DNA of 62,512 nt, counting the filler, from Globobulimina sp. (Eukaryota): NCBI GenBank assembly GCA_003354225.1. It is 30 parts of 30 records of this genome, joined end to end, with 100 filler letters (N's around TTAATTAATTAA, not from the genome) between each part and the next. Parts side by side here need not be neighbours in the genome. Positions count along the whole stretch, not along the records: positions 10,446 to 12,433 come from PIVH01009965.1; positions 12,534 to 14,521 come from PIVH01009966.1; positions 14,622 to 16,609 come from PIVH01009967.1; positions 16,710 to 18,697 come from PIVH01009968.1; positions 18,798 to 20,785 come from PIVH01009969.1; positions 20,886 to 22,872 come from PIVH01009970.1; 24 more parts are not named here. One strand, given 5' to 3'. Of the stretch, positions 11,722 to 22,972 are shown in pieces. Position numbers and translations under genes: made by a program. Position 1 is the stretch's first letter. Each line of letters begins with the position of its first letter. Under the pieces are notes generated by a model, which was given only the letters and a program-made list of their open reading frames with translations, was not told where the DNA came from and searched no databases.

Positions 11722-12084
11722 TTACATAAAAGCTGTAGCGCCTTCATTTTGCTGTTGTTGTTGCTGTGATGTTAATAATTTGATATGTTTGATAATTGCT
11801 GATTTATGTTTGAATGATTTAATTCCAAATCTATCCAAATCAGATTTATCAAGTTCATGCAAATAATCCCCAGTCAGCCATTCTTCCCTCAACTTATTCC
11901 TTAACACATCCTCATATTTCACATAATCTTCATTTAAATTGACAATCCAATCAGTAATATTATCGTGATTCCATTTTTTATAATTCTTAACATCACACAC
12001 AATTTGCTGTGATAATTGTTTATATTTTTCCTTTGTTTCATTCAATTCAAACTTCAATTCTTTACATTCATCAATTAATCGCAT
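11722..12084 (-). CDS. Coiled-coil + SAM domain protein (possibly partial)
   Basis: W....I.DW...L...Y...L.EE...G..L..L...DL..FGI....H...I...I..L fits the SAM consensus. Confidence 0.8.
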   Translation of the reverse strand: MRLIDECKELKFELNETKEKYKQLSQQIVCDVKNYKKWNHDNITDWIVNLNEDYVKYEDVLRNKLREEWLTGDYLHELDKSDLDRFGIKSFKHKSAIIKHIKLLTSQQQQQQNEGATAFM

Positions 12085-12533
12085 ATTCTTTTTTTGTAAT
12101 TCAGCTTTTTCTTTGTGTACTTTTATTTGGTTATTTAGTAAATCATCAACAACTGTTTGTAATGCCTGTTTTTCAAATGTTATTTCCTTATTCTGTTCCT
12201 ATACGATTTGAGTGTATATTAATATAAATATCACGCCACAGCAAAGAGTGTAACTTAACTTCCAATAAACTGGTTTGTGTAACACATGCAATCAATTTCT
12301 TATTTAACTGTGAAAATATAACATATCTCCAATTTAACAGCCCAAATATATTTAAAATAAAATATTTAAAATTTTAAATATATATATTTGACAGCGCAAA
12401 TCACGGCAAATATAAAAATATGTCTTTATGATTNNNNNNNNNNNNNNNNNNNNNNNNNNNNNNNNNNNNNNNNNNNNTTAATTAATTAANNNNNNNNNNN
12501 NNNNNNNNNNNNNNNNNNNNNNNNNNNNNNNNN

Positions 12534-14521
12534 GGCCTGCGCTCGAATCATATTTTTGGTGAAATCGCGATGTCCCGGACCGTCGATGACTGTGTAATGA
12601 TAGCTATCTGTATAGAATTCTCGGAGGGTCGCTTCGATTGTGACGCCGCGAGCTCTCTCTTCCTTGGATTTGTCCATAAAGAAGGCGAACAAAAAGGATT
12701 CTTTGCCCAATGCTTTGGCTTCGACTCTCAGCTTTGCTACGTCTCTCTCGCTCATACCGCCCAATTGAAATATTAAGCGGGCCGTGGTGGTGGATTTGCC
12801 ACTGTCCACATGTCCGCAGAAGATGATTGTTAAATGTTTCTTTGATGCGGCATCTTTCACTTTGAACTGCAACTTCTTCTCCAAGTCGCTGATTGTATGC
12901 TTGTTGACTTTGGCCTTATCGATCATTCTTTGCCTGGCACGGTTTTTGATCATTACTCCCTGTTCGGATGAAAAGGTCTTATATTTGCGCTGAATATCCT
13001 CCATAACAAATTCGTACAATTTCTGCAAGACAACGTCTGGATTATTGACTAAGTATTTTGTGTCATCGTCGCCAAATAAGTTCAACTTCTGTCGGTACAC
13101 TGCATTGGAGGAAGAGGTCAGCAATGCGACGCCAATCAGTGCTCGCAACATATTCCATTTTGAAGCGCCGGCCCCACAGAAACCAATGTCGTCGAAATAT
13201 GCATCACATACTGCGGAGAGACCATCGTCTTTAATCAAAACCGCTTCTTGGCCGAAATCAATTTTATGTCTGATTTGGTATTGTTTTTCGTTTTCGCGTT
13301 TTGAGATTAAATAAACGGAATTGCATTCAAATGAGACTGGTTTCCAATTTTTGTTCATTTCTTGAATCGTATTTTCCAACGTTTCCAGTCCAAATTGACC
13401 AACAGTTAAATGAGCGTGGTATTTCTGTGCGTTTTTCTTTGCGAAACACACCGGATAGCAACCAACCAATCCATTATATAATTGTTGCAATATTGACTCG
13501 CAGGTCGATGATGGTTCTAAATAAACCACGATCGATGGATTCGGTTCTTTGTCGCTCGCAGCTCGCTTAAAACAATTAAAATAATTCAATTCCATCTCAA
13601 ACGGCCGCATATTGGCCACCGCATTGCGAATATAATCTATCTGTTGTTGGAAATATGCTTCTTTGCAAAATGGGAAAAATACGGTGATGTGCGGCATCCA
13701 GCGCGGAAACGCTTTGTCGTGCTTCATCCGAATATCTTGAATGGCTTTCCATAAATCTTGCGGAGGAATGATAACCAGAGCGGATTGATACGACAAATCG
13801 TCTTTGCTCAACAATCTCGGTATTTTGTCCTGCAATGTCTCATTGGACTTTTCTTCACTTTTAATTTGATTTTCTGGTTTCAGCGCATTGATTTCTTCAT
13901 CATTCAATAGTTTTATTTCATCATCGTCGCCTTCCGAGCCCTGTCCATCATCTTTGCCCCAAACTTGCTTTACTTTTTTAAAAAAATGCACGGCTTGCAA
14001 TAGCTCTTCAATTTGTGGGGTAATTCGCGATATGATTTGGATACACATTTCTTTTGACACTTTGCGGATTTTAGTCACATTTAATTGCTTTGCCAACTTG
14101 GACGGATCGATCAAATCGCCACCTTGCGATGGAATGCGCTTACCTTGCGATGGAATGTCAAATTTTTCTCTCCAGTCTTGTTCGTATTCCTTTTTGCCGC
14201 ATATTTCAATCGAATCTGTAATGTCAAACTCAACATCTTCGGCTTCTTCTTTCTTGTCATCGTCGTCGCTCTCCTCTGCGCCAACAAATATATTATCATT
14301 AAAATTGCCGTTCAAGATTGTATACAAAATGAGCAGTTGATGCTGGTCGATCTTTTTATCATTGTCTGAATTTCGCTCACCACCGCAACAAAAATACTGC
14401 GCAGATAACATTCCGCGCAGTTTCGCCAACAACGCACTTAACCAAAACTCAGCATTGTTATGCAATGATAAATTAACGCCCATATCTGATTGCGTGCAAT
14501 TATAATTTAATAATTTGTCCG
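12534..14521 (-). CDS. Multidomain fusion: unknown region + 2H phosphoesterase (2'-5' RNA ligase-like) + EFL/EF-1alpha-family GTPase; open at both contig ends
   Basis: One uninterrupted frame. 2H part: SALVIIPP..RWMPHITV..YHAHLTVGQ. GTPase part: CGHVDSGKSTTT, FAFFMDKSKEERARGVTI, EFYTDSYHYTVIDGPGHRDFTKNMI. Confidence 0.9.
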
Positions 14522-14640
14522 NNNNNNNNNNNNNNNNNNNNNNNNNNNNNNNNNNNNNNNNNNNNTTAATTAATTAANNNNNNNNNNNNNNNNNNNNNNN
14601 NNNNNNNNNNNNNNNNNNNNNTTAAGTTAAACAAAATATA

Positions 14641-16609
14641 TTGGTATCATGTTTATTTCCCATCTCAGAAAACAAAAACTGTTCAACAATGTTCAGATTC
14701 TATCCGGGGACAACAGTTCATATGACATGGCATAACCGAGTACATGGAATAACAACAGAAGATAACTCATTACTTAACGAATACAGAGATATATCATTAT
14801 TCAACATACACTCGCATGGATTTCATATTAGTTCTTCTGAGGATGATGTTATACTTTTTATTCCACCACAGGCCTCACACACATATACTTTTACTATTCC
14901 GGCAGACCATTATCCAGGTATATTTATGTACTTTTGCATGCGCGCTTTTTTGTTTTTGGACTTGTTTTGCGGAGAAGATAAGATATGATTTTACATGAAT
15001 ACTTTACAGGTTTACACATATTGCACGCTCACCATCATGGTTCAACGAGTTTCTTTGTGTCGAGCGGTCTCTTTAGCGCCGCAATCATTGAATTTCCAGA
15101 TGATATGGTTGCAAATACTATGCCTAGTAACGAAAGTATATATGATTCCAATTTATGGAATATGAAACAAAATATATTGATAGCATCCTCAATGTATGGC
15201 GTTGCTAAATCCGCTTGCAACTGCACAGACGAGGCAGTATGGAGATCATTTATAACAACCACAGGAACTAAAAATGAAGTGTTTTCATACTGTTATGAAT
15301 ATTGTTTATTTCCCGCAGCACAAAGGGCTGCTTCTAATTATGTGTATGATTTGGAGAGCGATATTGCTGATGAAAATAATGAGTTTAAATTGTGGCTAAT
15401 CAATGGACAGTATCAGCCAACCATTGAGGATTTAATTGTAAATAGATGGAGGAGAATACGATTATTAAATATCATGTCACAACGTATGCTGTTTGTTGTT
15501 ATCTTTATATCTTTATCAATGTACATATACAATAAAAAGATTATATGCAATTACTATTACCATTGCGATCATGTTCATGGTTTTTATTAGCGATGGATGG
15601 GATTTTTTTGTATGAAAATACACCCCGCGATTTGTCTGTGGCTCCGTATTTTGGTCAATTTGTTTTGCCGCCAGCTGGAAGAGCAGATTTTGCAGTTAAG
15701 TCAATTTATTAGTTTTGAAATAACATTTTCCATTTTTGTCAACTCAAACTCTCAAAGGTTATGTGTACTGCTGAAGGCAGTTTTGATTTAGTAAGTGGTC
15801 AAAGTAATGCATTGGATGCAGAATTGAGGAATCTGCTTAGGATGGATGCTGATGCATTACTATTTACATTGCAAATAAACTCTGCAGACTCTGAATTTTC
15901 TGACATAGATGGTAATGATATTACTAGTTTACCCACAGAATTCCCGCCAAAACCAAGATATTTAAATGATTTATCAGCAATAAGTGATGAGGATATCGGT
16001 AATTGTGAATGTAATTCGTTTGATCCATTATTGGTTGATACCGAAAATCCGTGTACAGTAATCATGAAACAAACGCAAGGCGGCAAAAATCATTGGGTCA
16101 ATACTTTTTTATTTGATCCAGACACACCGATGCAAGTATTAAATGTTGATAAGGTTTATGAATTTAATTTAGATTTAAATTCGCATGTTTATCATCAACA
16201 CATATATCCATTTCAATTGCAACAAGATATTGGTTCAGGAATATTAGGCCAAGCCTTTGATTATTTAGATACGGTTGGTGCAGATAGTCCGTTTTTAATG
16301 CGTACTGCTTTATATGATTTTGCTGGTCCCATGATTTTACATTGCCATGTGTTACCGCATGAAGATTTGGGTATGATGGCCTGGTATCTCGTAGCAAATC
16401 AACTAAATACAACATCATGTTTAGACATAGCACCAGAGACAATCACACCACAGCCATCATTTCAACCAACAATCTATTTTACGACACCAAAACCAACACA
16501 GCCACCTACCAATGAACCAACATTTGATCCAACGACACCACCGACCAATGAACCAACTGTGCAACCAACAAATGTACCAACAAATGAGCCAAAAAAACGA
16601 CCAACAGAT
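14641..16609 (+). CDS. Three-domain multicopper oxidase with C-terminal PT-repeat stalk, 3 introns, partial
   Basis: Cu motifs NIHSHG, LHAHHHG, HVYHQH and HCHVLPHEDLGMM. Introns 14918-15009, 15484-15539 and 15695-15757 restore the frame, including LLAMDG...PPAGRAD. Confidence 0.9.
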
Positions 16610-16792
16610 NNNNNNNNNNNNNNNNNNNNNNNNNNNNNNNNNNNNNNNNNNNNTTAATTAATTAANNNNNNNNNNNNNNNNNNNNNNNNNNNNNNNNNNN
16701 NNNNNNNNNAATATCAAAATACATATATTTGCATATTGTCACCGCATCCCACACTGTCTTTGATATGCAGTCACCACTAAATTATATACAAT

Positions 16793-17566
16793 TTATGTAT
16801 AAGTAATACTGTGCACATAGCACATAGCACACACACAACCTAACTCGTATACGCATGTCATGTCTTTGCAGACAACCTCTCCTTCTTCAAATTGTTGCTG
16901 TATACAGCTCTGATCAAATGCATCGCCATTCGATAGCTGTTGCACTTGCTCCATAACTAACATTTGATAGGAATCCCAATATGTTTTTAAATAATTTGCA
17001 ACAGCTCTTATATCTGTTTGATATGTTTCTGAATCCATTGACATATCATTGGATTTATCACAATTTCTTACTTTCATCATTGAAAAATCGCCATTGTCCA
17101 TGTCTTGTTGACCTTTTCCTTTGTTATTCACATCAGATATCGATGCTTGATTGTTGTCATTGTCATTGTTGTTATTAAGTTGGGGTTGTTTTTGTTGCTG
17201 TTGTCCATTTCCGGGTATATTGCCATTATAAAATGCATTCCAACGAATATCTTGAGTTAAATCAGTATGATATATATTGTTATTGTCGATAATATCATCA
17301 TATATGTTGTTATTCTGTTCATTTGTTGGCGGTTTTATTAATTTAATAGATTCACCTTTGTTTGCAAGCAAATCTGCAGTAAAATAACCACCAATACTTA
17401 AAGCAATTAAAAATGTAGCAAATGCCAATATTTTTGTGGTCGATCGACATTGCTCTTCCTCGATATTCTTCTGATCATCACCTGTAGTTACAGCGCCACT
17501 GCCTCTTCCTATGCCATAGTTTGGCGTCCGGTGGCTTGTTATCAAAGTAGTCGTGTCATTGCTCAT
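16793..17566 (-). CDS. Type II membrane protein with Asn/Gln-rich stem (continues past a probable intron)
   Basis: One TM helix at about aa 47-67, a low-complexity stem and a Cys-containing distal domain. Confidence 0.6.
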   Translation of the reverse strand: MSNDTTTLITSHRTPNYGIGRGSGAVTTGDDQKNIEEEQCRSTTKILAFATFLIALSIGGYFTADLLANKGESIKLIKPPTNEQNNNIYDDIIDNNNIYHTDLTQDIRWNAFYNGNIPGNGQQQQKQPQLNNNNDNDNNQASISDVNNKGKGQQDMDNGDFSMMKVRNCDKSNDMSMDSETYQTDIRAVANYLKTYWDSYQMLVMEQVQQLSNGDAFDQSCIQQQFEEGEVVCKDMTCVYELGCVCAMCYVHSITYT

Positions 17567-17688
17567 TATTCGAGCATAGATTTGAAGCTGGCAAAAAAAA
17601 ACGGCATTATTTACATTTACATATCACATACAAGCAAATCAATAATTTGTCAATTTTAAAGTATGCATTGTGTTGATATCCTTGCACT

Positions 17689-17988
17689 TTATTTTTTTTT
17701 ATCTTTCTGCCATTCATTCTTATTCCATTCCCTCATGGGTCTTACGTGTAAATCAGAGGGAGTTACCATTCCTGAACCAATTAGAATTACAAAAGCTGCG
17801 GTTGGCGCCATAATCATTACTGTTGTCCATTTTGGCATTCCGCCTGGATTTTGATGTCCTGGGTATTCATCATTTAAACTCCGTTTGGACACAGTCATTG
17901 AGAATATATTTGCATGTCCCTTGTACAATGATTTAGCAGATTTTGTAAATAGTTTGGAATGATGCAATATTTGCCGACAACTTGCCAT
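17689..17988 (-). CDS. Small single-TM protein with mitochondrial-presequence-like N-terminus
   Basis: Basic, acid-free N-terminus ending ...SKRSL, then one hydrophobic helix. Confidence 0.55.
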   Translation of the reverse strand: MASCRQILHHSKLFTKSAKSLYKGHANIFSMTVSKRSLNDEYPGHQNPGGMPKWTTVMIMAPTAAFVILIGSGMVTPSDLHVRPMREWNKNEWQKDKKK

Positions 17989-18045
17989 TTAATATTATAC
18001 GTTTTTAGTTCATTGTTTTTTTTGACTAATATCTCAATATAAGCA

Positions 18046-18697
18046 ATGGCAACTAAAACAGAACATGAACAAGCACAAGCCAATAATTCCAAAAGTATTC
18101 AATTAGAAACAGAATTACTTATCCATGGCTATTGTCGAATATTACAAATAAATTCAATTATATAATTCCCTCATCAATCATTGAATTATGTATCAATTTC
18201 TATGATATCGGAGATACCTTCTCAACCGCACCTAAATCCATTACAATCTCAAACAATGCCAAAACTGTAACCGCAAATTCCACTATTCTTGGTTTCCACA
18301 ATGCATTTGGACGGATAGCAATAAAATCACTCACCAAAAATAGATATAAATGGACGTTGACATGCAACAGAAATGGCGCTCTGTTTATTGGTATTATAAC
18401 AAACAGAAATATCAATGCTGGCTCTTATATCATAGATTATGGATTTGAAGGTAGCAATGGAGGTAAATGGAGATTGGATGATGCATGCACTGAATATGGG
18501 ATTGAATGGGGTGCCGGTGATGCAATAGAAATGATTGTAGACTTTGCAAGGCGAGAAATTGCGTATAAAGTAAATGGAAATGACCAAGGAATTGCGTTTC
18601 AAAACATTGTCATGGCACCGGCGTATTATTTAGCTGTTGGAATGTATGGTGGTCGTAAAGGGAAAGGAAACAGTGTAACAATTACTGATTTTCATCA
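18046..18697 (+). CDS. SPRY-domain protein with an apparent frameshift near 18140
   Basis: SPRY motifs (YKWTL, FIGI, YG..W.AGD.I.M.VDF...I.Y.VNG.DQG.AF, YYLAV). The ATG-18046 frame (...ELLIHGYCR) differs from the frame of the body. Confidence 0.8.
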
Positions 18698-19552
18698 NNN
18701 NNNNNNNNNNNNNNNNNNNNNNNNNNNNNNNNNNNNNNNNNTTAATTAATTAANNNNNNNNNNNNNNNNNNNNNNNNNNNNNNNNNNNNNNNNNNNNAAC
18801 AGAAACGATTGATGTCAAACTCGATGAAGATACTAAAAAAGTAAAAGTAATCAGTAATTAGAACATTCAGTTAATATCAGATGGTATAATTTCCAGAATG
18901 TTCTCGTTTTAGATTTTTAGATCGCAATGTTTTCAGGTTATCTAACCTGAAACCAGATCGATAATCTGAAACCAGATCCTTTCAGACAGGAAACTATACA
19001 TTTTAATCAATTCGTGACCTATATACTTAATTTCCCCTTTAATTGCATATTAATATATATATACTAATTAATTTTTTTCACTGTAATAATTGTATGTGTT
19101 TTGTTTGTATGTGTTTTTTGTGTTTTGAATATTTTACGTTCTTAGACATAGTCCAACAACGCAATTCAACTTCTGGCGATTCAATACCATATTACCGCTA
19201 CTATTTAACAATACCATAATACCATATTGTCGACGGAGTTAAGTAGTTGTTTACAGCGATTATACTAATTTTCATAATCATAGACTTTTGGGATTTGGAA
19301 CTTTGTCCAGCTGCAGATAGAAACGTGTATCAAGGTTTTCAGCAAGTTTTTCTGTTAATCAGCAACTCATTTGTTACCTTATAACGTTTTGGTCACCAAA
19401 GTTCTAAAAGTCCTGGAATTCCTAAAAACGACAATGATTATGAAAAGAAACTGAGCGACAATGATTTTGACAATTGGTATAATTATATATAACATGCATA
19501 AAATAATAAGAATAATACAAAGCAAACAATGAAAAATGAATATAAGTCATAT

Positions 19553-20785
19553 TTAATATTTTTTAATTTTTGTGATGTATGGCCTCTTTGGACTGGTTGG
19601 TTTTCTTGGAGGTGGTAACGGTTTTATTCGTGGTTGGAATTTAGGAATTGGTCGGTCATTATCCTCATCCTCTTCCGCTTCCTCTGCTGCATCATAATCA
19701 TCAATCACTATTGGCTGTGGTGTTTGACACGCACTGCATCTGGCTTCATCTCCATCATTCCGTAAGGTACATAATGGACAGACCCAATTGCAAATATTCT
19801 CATTTTCATCTTGCCAGCCAGAGGATGTACGAATGGATAAACAGCTTTCATCTGATGTCAGTTCATCATCATCATCATCCATTTTGTTATCCTGTTCCTT
19901 ATTTTGTGTATCCACTGTTACATATTTTGTGTCATTACACTTCGGTTCCTCCCCTTCATCAATATCACTTAAATCCGCAATCGAAGAAGAATTAATATTT
20001 TGTAATTGCTGTGTTTCTTTTTGCTGATTACGGTTAAAAGTTTGCAATGCAATCTCAAATTCACTGCAATTTTTACTATGCGTACTCTTATAATTACCAC
20101 CTGTTTCAGGCAGTGGTGTATCATTTGGAACAGGATGCCGTTTGGTTTGCGGTGAGATGCAGTCATCTTTTTGTGTTATCAATATATACGTCACAGTTCC
20201 CCCAATCAGTAACAATATCACTAAGATCACACCAACTACAATCATCAAAAAATATTGTGTCGAAAAAAAATTCTCTTTTTCGTTTGTTGTTATTGTAGAT
20301 GATGATGAATTTATTGATGTTGCTTCAAATATTGTTGTGTTAATTGCTTCCATTAACAATATCATACTATTAATTTTTATAAAGCGTATATCATTCATAT
20401 ATGTCTGATTTAATACGGACAATAAGTCGTTGCCAAATGCGCCTCCATTGACATACACTGTAAATGTGTCGATTAAATCATTATTTATCATTGTGTTTAA
20501 TTTGATGGATAATTGGTTTAAAGCTGTATCGTCTGCAAATAATATTAGATTGATATTATTCAAATAATATGTATTCCAAAATATATCTGTAACAATTTGC
20601 AATATATAGGTTTGATTGAATACATATCCTGATATTATAGTTAAATGTTGGTAATATATCTCAATGGATAGCATTCCCATTCTCTCATTCATAGAATTTG
20701 CATTAATTCGTAAAAGATATTCAATATTCCGTAAAGCATTTATTTTGTTACAGCCAGTACATTTTGTTTGGTCGTATTCAATCAA
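19553..20785 (-). CDS. Single-pass receptor-like protein with cytosolic RanBP2-type zinc finger and Pro-rich tail, 5'-truncated
   Basis: TM helix FLMIVVGVILVILLLIGGTVTYILI, then WVCPLCTLRN....RCSACQTPQP and KPLPPPRKP. Confidence 0.8.
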   Translation of the reverse strand: MIEYDQTKCTGCNKINALRNIEYLLRINANSMNERMGMLSIEIYYQHLTIISGYVFNQTYILQIVTDIFWNTYYLNNINLILFADDTALNQLSIKLNTMINNDLIDTFTVYVNGGAFGNDLLSVLNQTYMNDIRFIKINSMILLMEAINTTIFEATSINSSSSTITTNEKENFFSTQYFLMIVVGVILVILLLIGGTVTYILITQKDDCISPQTKRHPVPNDTPLPETGGNYKSTHSKNCSEFEIALQTFNRNQQKETQQLQNINSSSIADLSDIDEGEEPKCNDTKYVTVDTQNKEQDNKMDDDDDELTSDESCLSIRTSSGWQDENENICNWVCPLCTLRNDGDEARCSACQTPQPIVIDDYDAAEEAEEDEDNDRPIPKFQPRIKPLPPPRKPTSPKRPYITKIKKY

Positions 20786-20885
20786 NNNNNNNNNNNNNNN
20801 NNNNNNNNNNNNNNNNNNNNNNNNNNNNNTTAATTAATTAANNNNNNNNNNNNNNNNNNNNNNNNNNNNNNNNNNNNNNNNNNNN

Positions 20886-21376
20886 ATCATTTCCCTTTGT
20901 TCCAGCTTTTGTGTTAATTCATAGTTTTGTGTGCTTAATGTTTGTGTTCTTTGCTCTAACTCTTCTTTCAATTTCTCGATTGCATCATCTTTTCGGTCCA
21001 ATTGGCATTTATGTCGATTTAATTCTGTTTTTGTTTGATTCAATTGGGTTTGCAATGACATTTTCTCTTTAAATATATTGGAAACTCTTCGTTCTTTCTC
21101 AAGTAACAGCTTTTCTAAGTCATTCATATCCTGTCGTTTTTGTATTAACTGATGATTTTGTGCTTCAATGACCATTTCGGATTTTTCTAAACCTTGTTTT
21201 AATTTTAACAGTTCGTCGATTAATTCATTACCTTCTTCCATTGCGTTATTATGTAAGTTCTTAAATTTTGTTAATTGAGTATTTAATTTGCTTGTTTTAT
21301 AATGTCGATCTTTTGTAATATCTGCAATCTCCATTTTATACTCATTATTCCGATTTTGTAGCGATTTATTTTTCAC
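20886..21376 (-). CDS. Coiled-coil protein fragment
   Basis: Heptad-rich, E/K/L/Q-rich ORF running into the contig end. Confidence 0.55.
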
Positions 21377-21685
21377 TTTTAATCTGTATCAACACAACAC
21401 AAAAAAACATTTACTAACAGTCTCGACAGGAGTCAGTAGTCAGTAGTAAAAGTAGTAAAAGCATGCAACAGTTATGCTTCAAAATACAATCATTAAATAT
21501 CAATGAAAAGGACAATGCTAATTTTAGTGTAAAATTCATTGATCCTAAAACACCAAAACAACACATCAAAGTTAAACAGATCGATAATATATGTATCTGT
21601 GTGTTAAGGTATTTATGTCATATTACAGTTAGATACAAATGATAATGCCGAATGGAGAGTAGATTTTGATGAATATATAATAAAA

Positions 21686-22723
21686 ATGATTACAAATGCG
21701 ACAACATTGCAAATATTTGATGTGGTATCAAATAAAACTGGATCAATCACTGAAACATTGTTAGGAATCACACAGATTCATTTAACACCTTTTTTATATG
21801 GAGAGACCGAGATTAATTTCACAAATATTATTCATTCAATTGAGGATCAAAAGGATAGTGGAACAATAGAATGGATTTCTACACTCACTCAGCCACTATT
21901 CAGTGATGAGGAAATTGATTGTAATAATTATCTAAACGTAGAAATAAATAAAATGAAAAATGTTCCAAAGACATGGGTTGATTATTTAAATGCGTCCCCT
22001 ATTATTGATAAAAAAAAGGCAAAAGGCAAACAACCAAAAGCTTCATCAAAACATTGGTTACAATGTGACTGCAAATTATTTGAAAAAGAAGTCCCTTCAT
22101 TTAGCATAAATGTAACTGAATCATACAATGAATCGCCAAAAATAATGCAAGCGGAAAAACAAAATCCTGAAAACGAAGAAAAAAACGGAAAGAATGAAAA
22201 CAAATATTATTTGGATTGGAATTTCAATTCAAAATATTTGTTAACCCAATGCTCTATGACCGATATTAAACCATTAAGCAATGCAGTTATCAAAATCACG
22301 CATAACTATCAAGAAATTAATGAGAATGAACAGGTTGTAATTGTACAAGACCCTCATTATTTATCTGCAAATTTTGATATTAAATCATTGTTTCATAATT
22401 CAGAATGTAGGCAATGTGTACCATTATTGTTCAATGATAATGATCAAAATAAAGAAATAACGACAATTGATATAAGATTGTGTTTAGATAAATCATTAAA
22501 AGAATATTTTAATCAGTTAGACTCTGCAATACATTTTAAAGATGTATTCACGGAACAAAAACAGCAAAATGATGATGATGAAAAAGACAAAGAGAACAAC
22601 AATGATTTAAACACTCAAAAATGTGTAAATGATATAATCCGAATTTTGGTTGATGAACACATAAAATTTATGCAAAAAACAAGTATTCAACAATACGATA
22701 ATCAACGAGTTGAGTTCAAATAA
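21686..22723 (+). CDS. Hypothetical protein (internal exon of a spliced gene)
   Basis: 345-aa ORF with short AT-rich intron-like segments on both sides. Confidence 0.55.
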   Translation: MITNATTLQIFDVVSNKTGSITETLLGITQIHLTPFLYGETEINFTNIIHSIEDQKDSGTIEWISTLTQPLFSDEEIDCNNYLNVEINKMKNVPKTWVDYLNASPIIDKKKAKGKQPKASSKHWLQCDCKLFEKEVPSFSINVTESYNESPKIMQAEKQNPENEEKNGKNENKYYLDWNFNSKYLLTQCSMTDIKPLSNAVIKITHNYQEINENEQVVIVQDPHYLSANFDIKSLFHNSECRQCVPLLFNDNDQNKEITTIDIRLCLDKSLKEYFNQLDSAIHFKDVFTEQKQQNDDDEKDKENNNDLNTQKCVNDIIRILVDEHIKFMQKTSIQQYDNQRVEFK

Positions 22724-22972
22724 CATATAAATATATTATATTGTTACTTATATATTAATATATATAATACAGATGAAACAAGCATTTATATATCATTTAA
22801 ACGCAACTAATTTATATAATCAGTTAAAAGAGAAATTGGTAAAACCAGAAATATCAAAATATATTCATAAAANNNNNNNNNNNNNNNNNNNNNNNNNNNN
22901 NNNNNNNNNNNNNNNNTTAATTAATTAANNNNNNNNNNNNNNNNNNNNNNNNNNNNNNNNNNNNNNNNNNNN

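Noticed and set aside
14641-16609. Copper nitrite reductase (NirK) for eukaryotic denitrification
   Set aside because: It has a three-domain layout with a C-terminal HCHxxxHxxxxM, which is the laccase-type pattern and not NirK.
18931-18980. 10-bp hairpin (tttcaggtta/taacctgaaa) and duplicated ctgaaaccagatc
   Set aside because: Too short and without context to assign as a terminator or transposon end.
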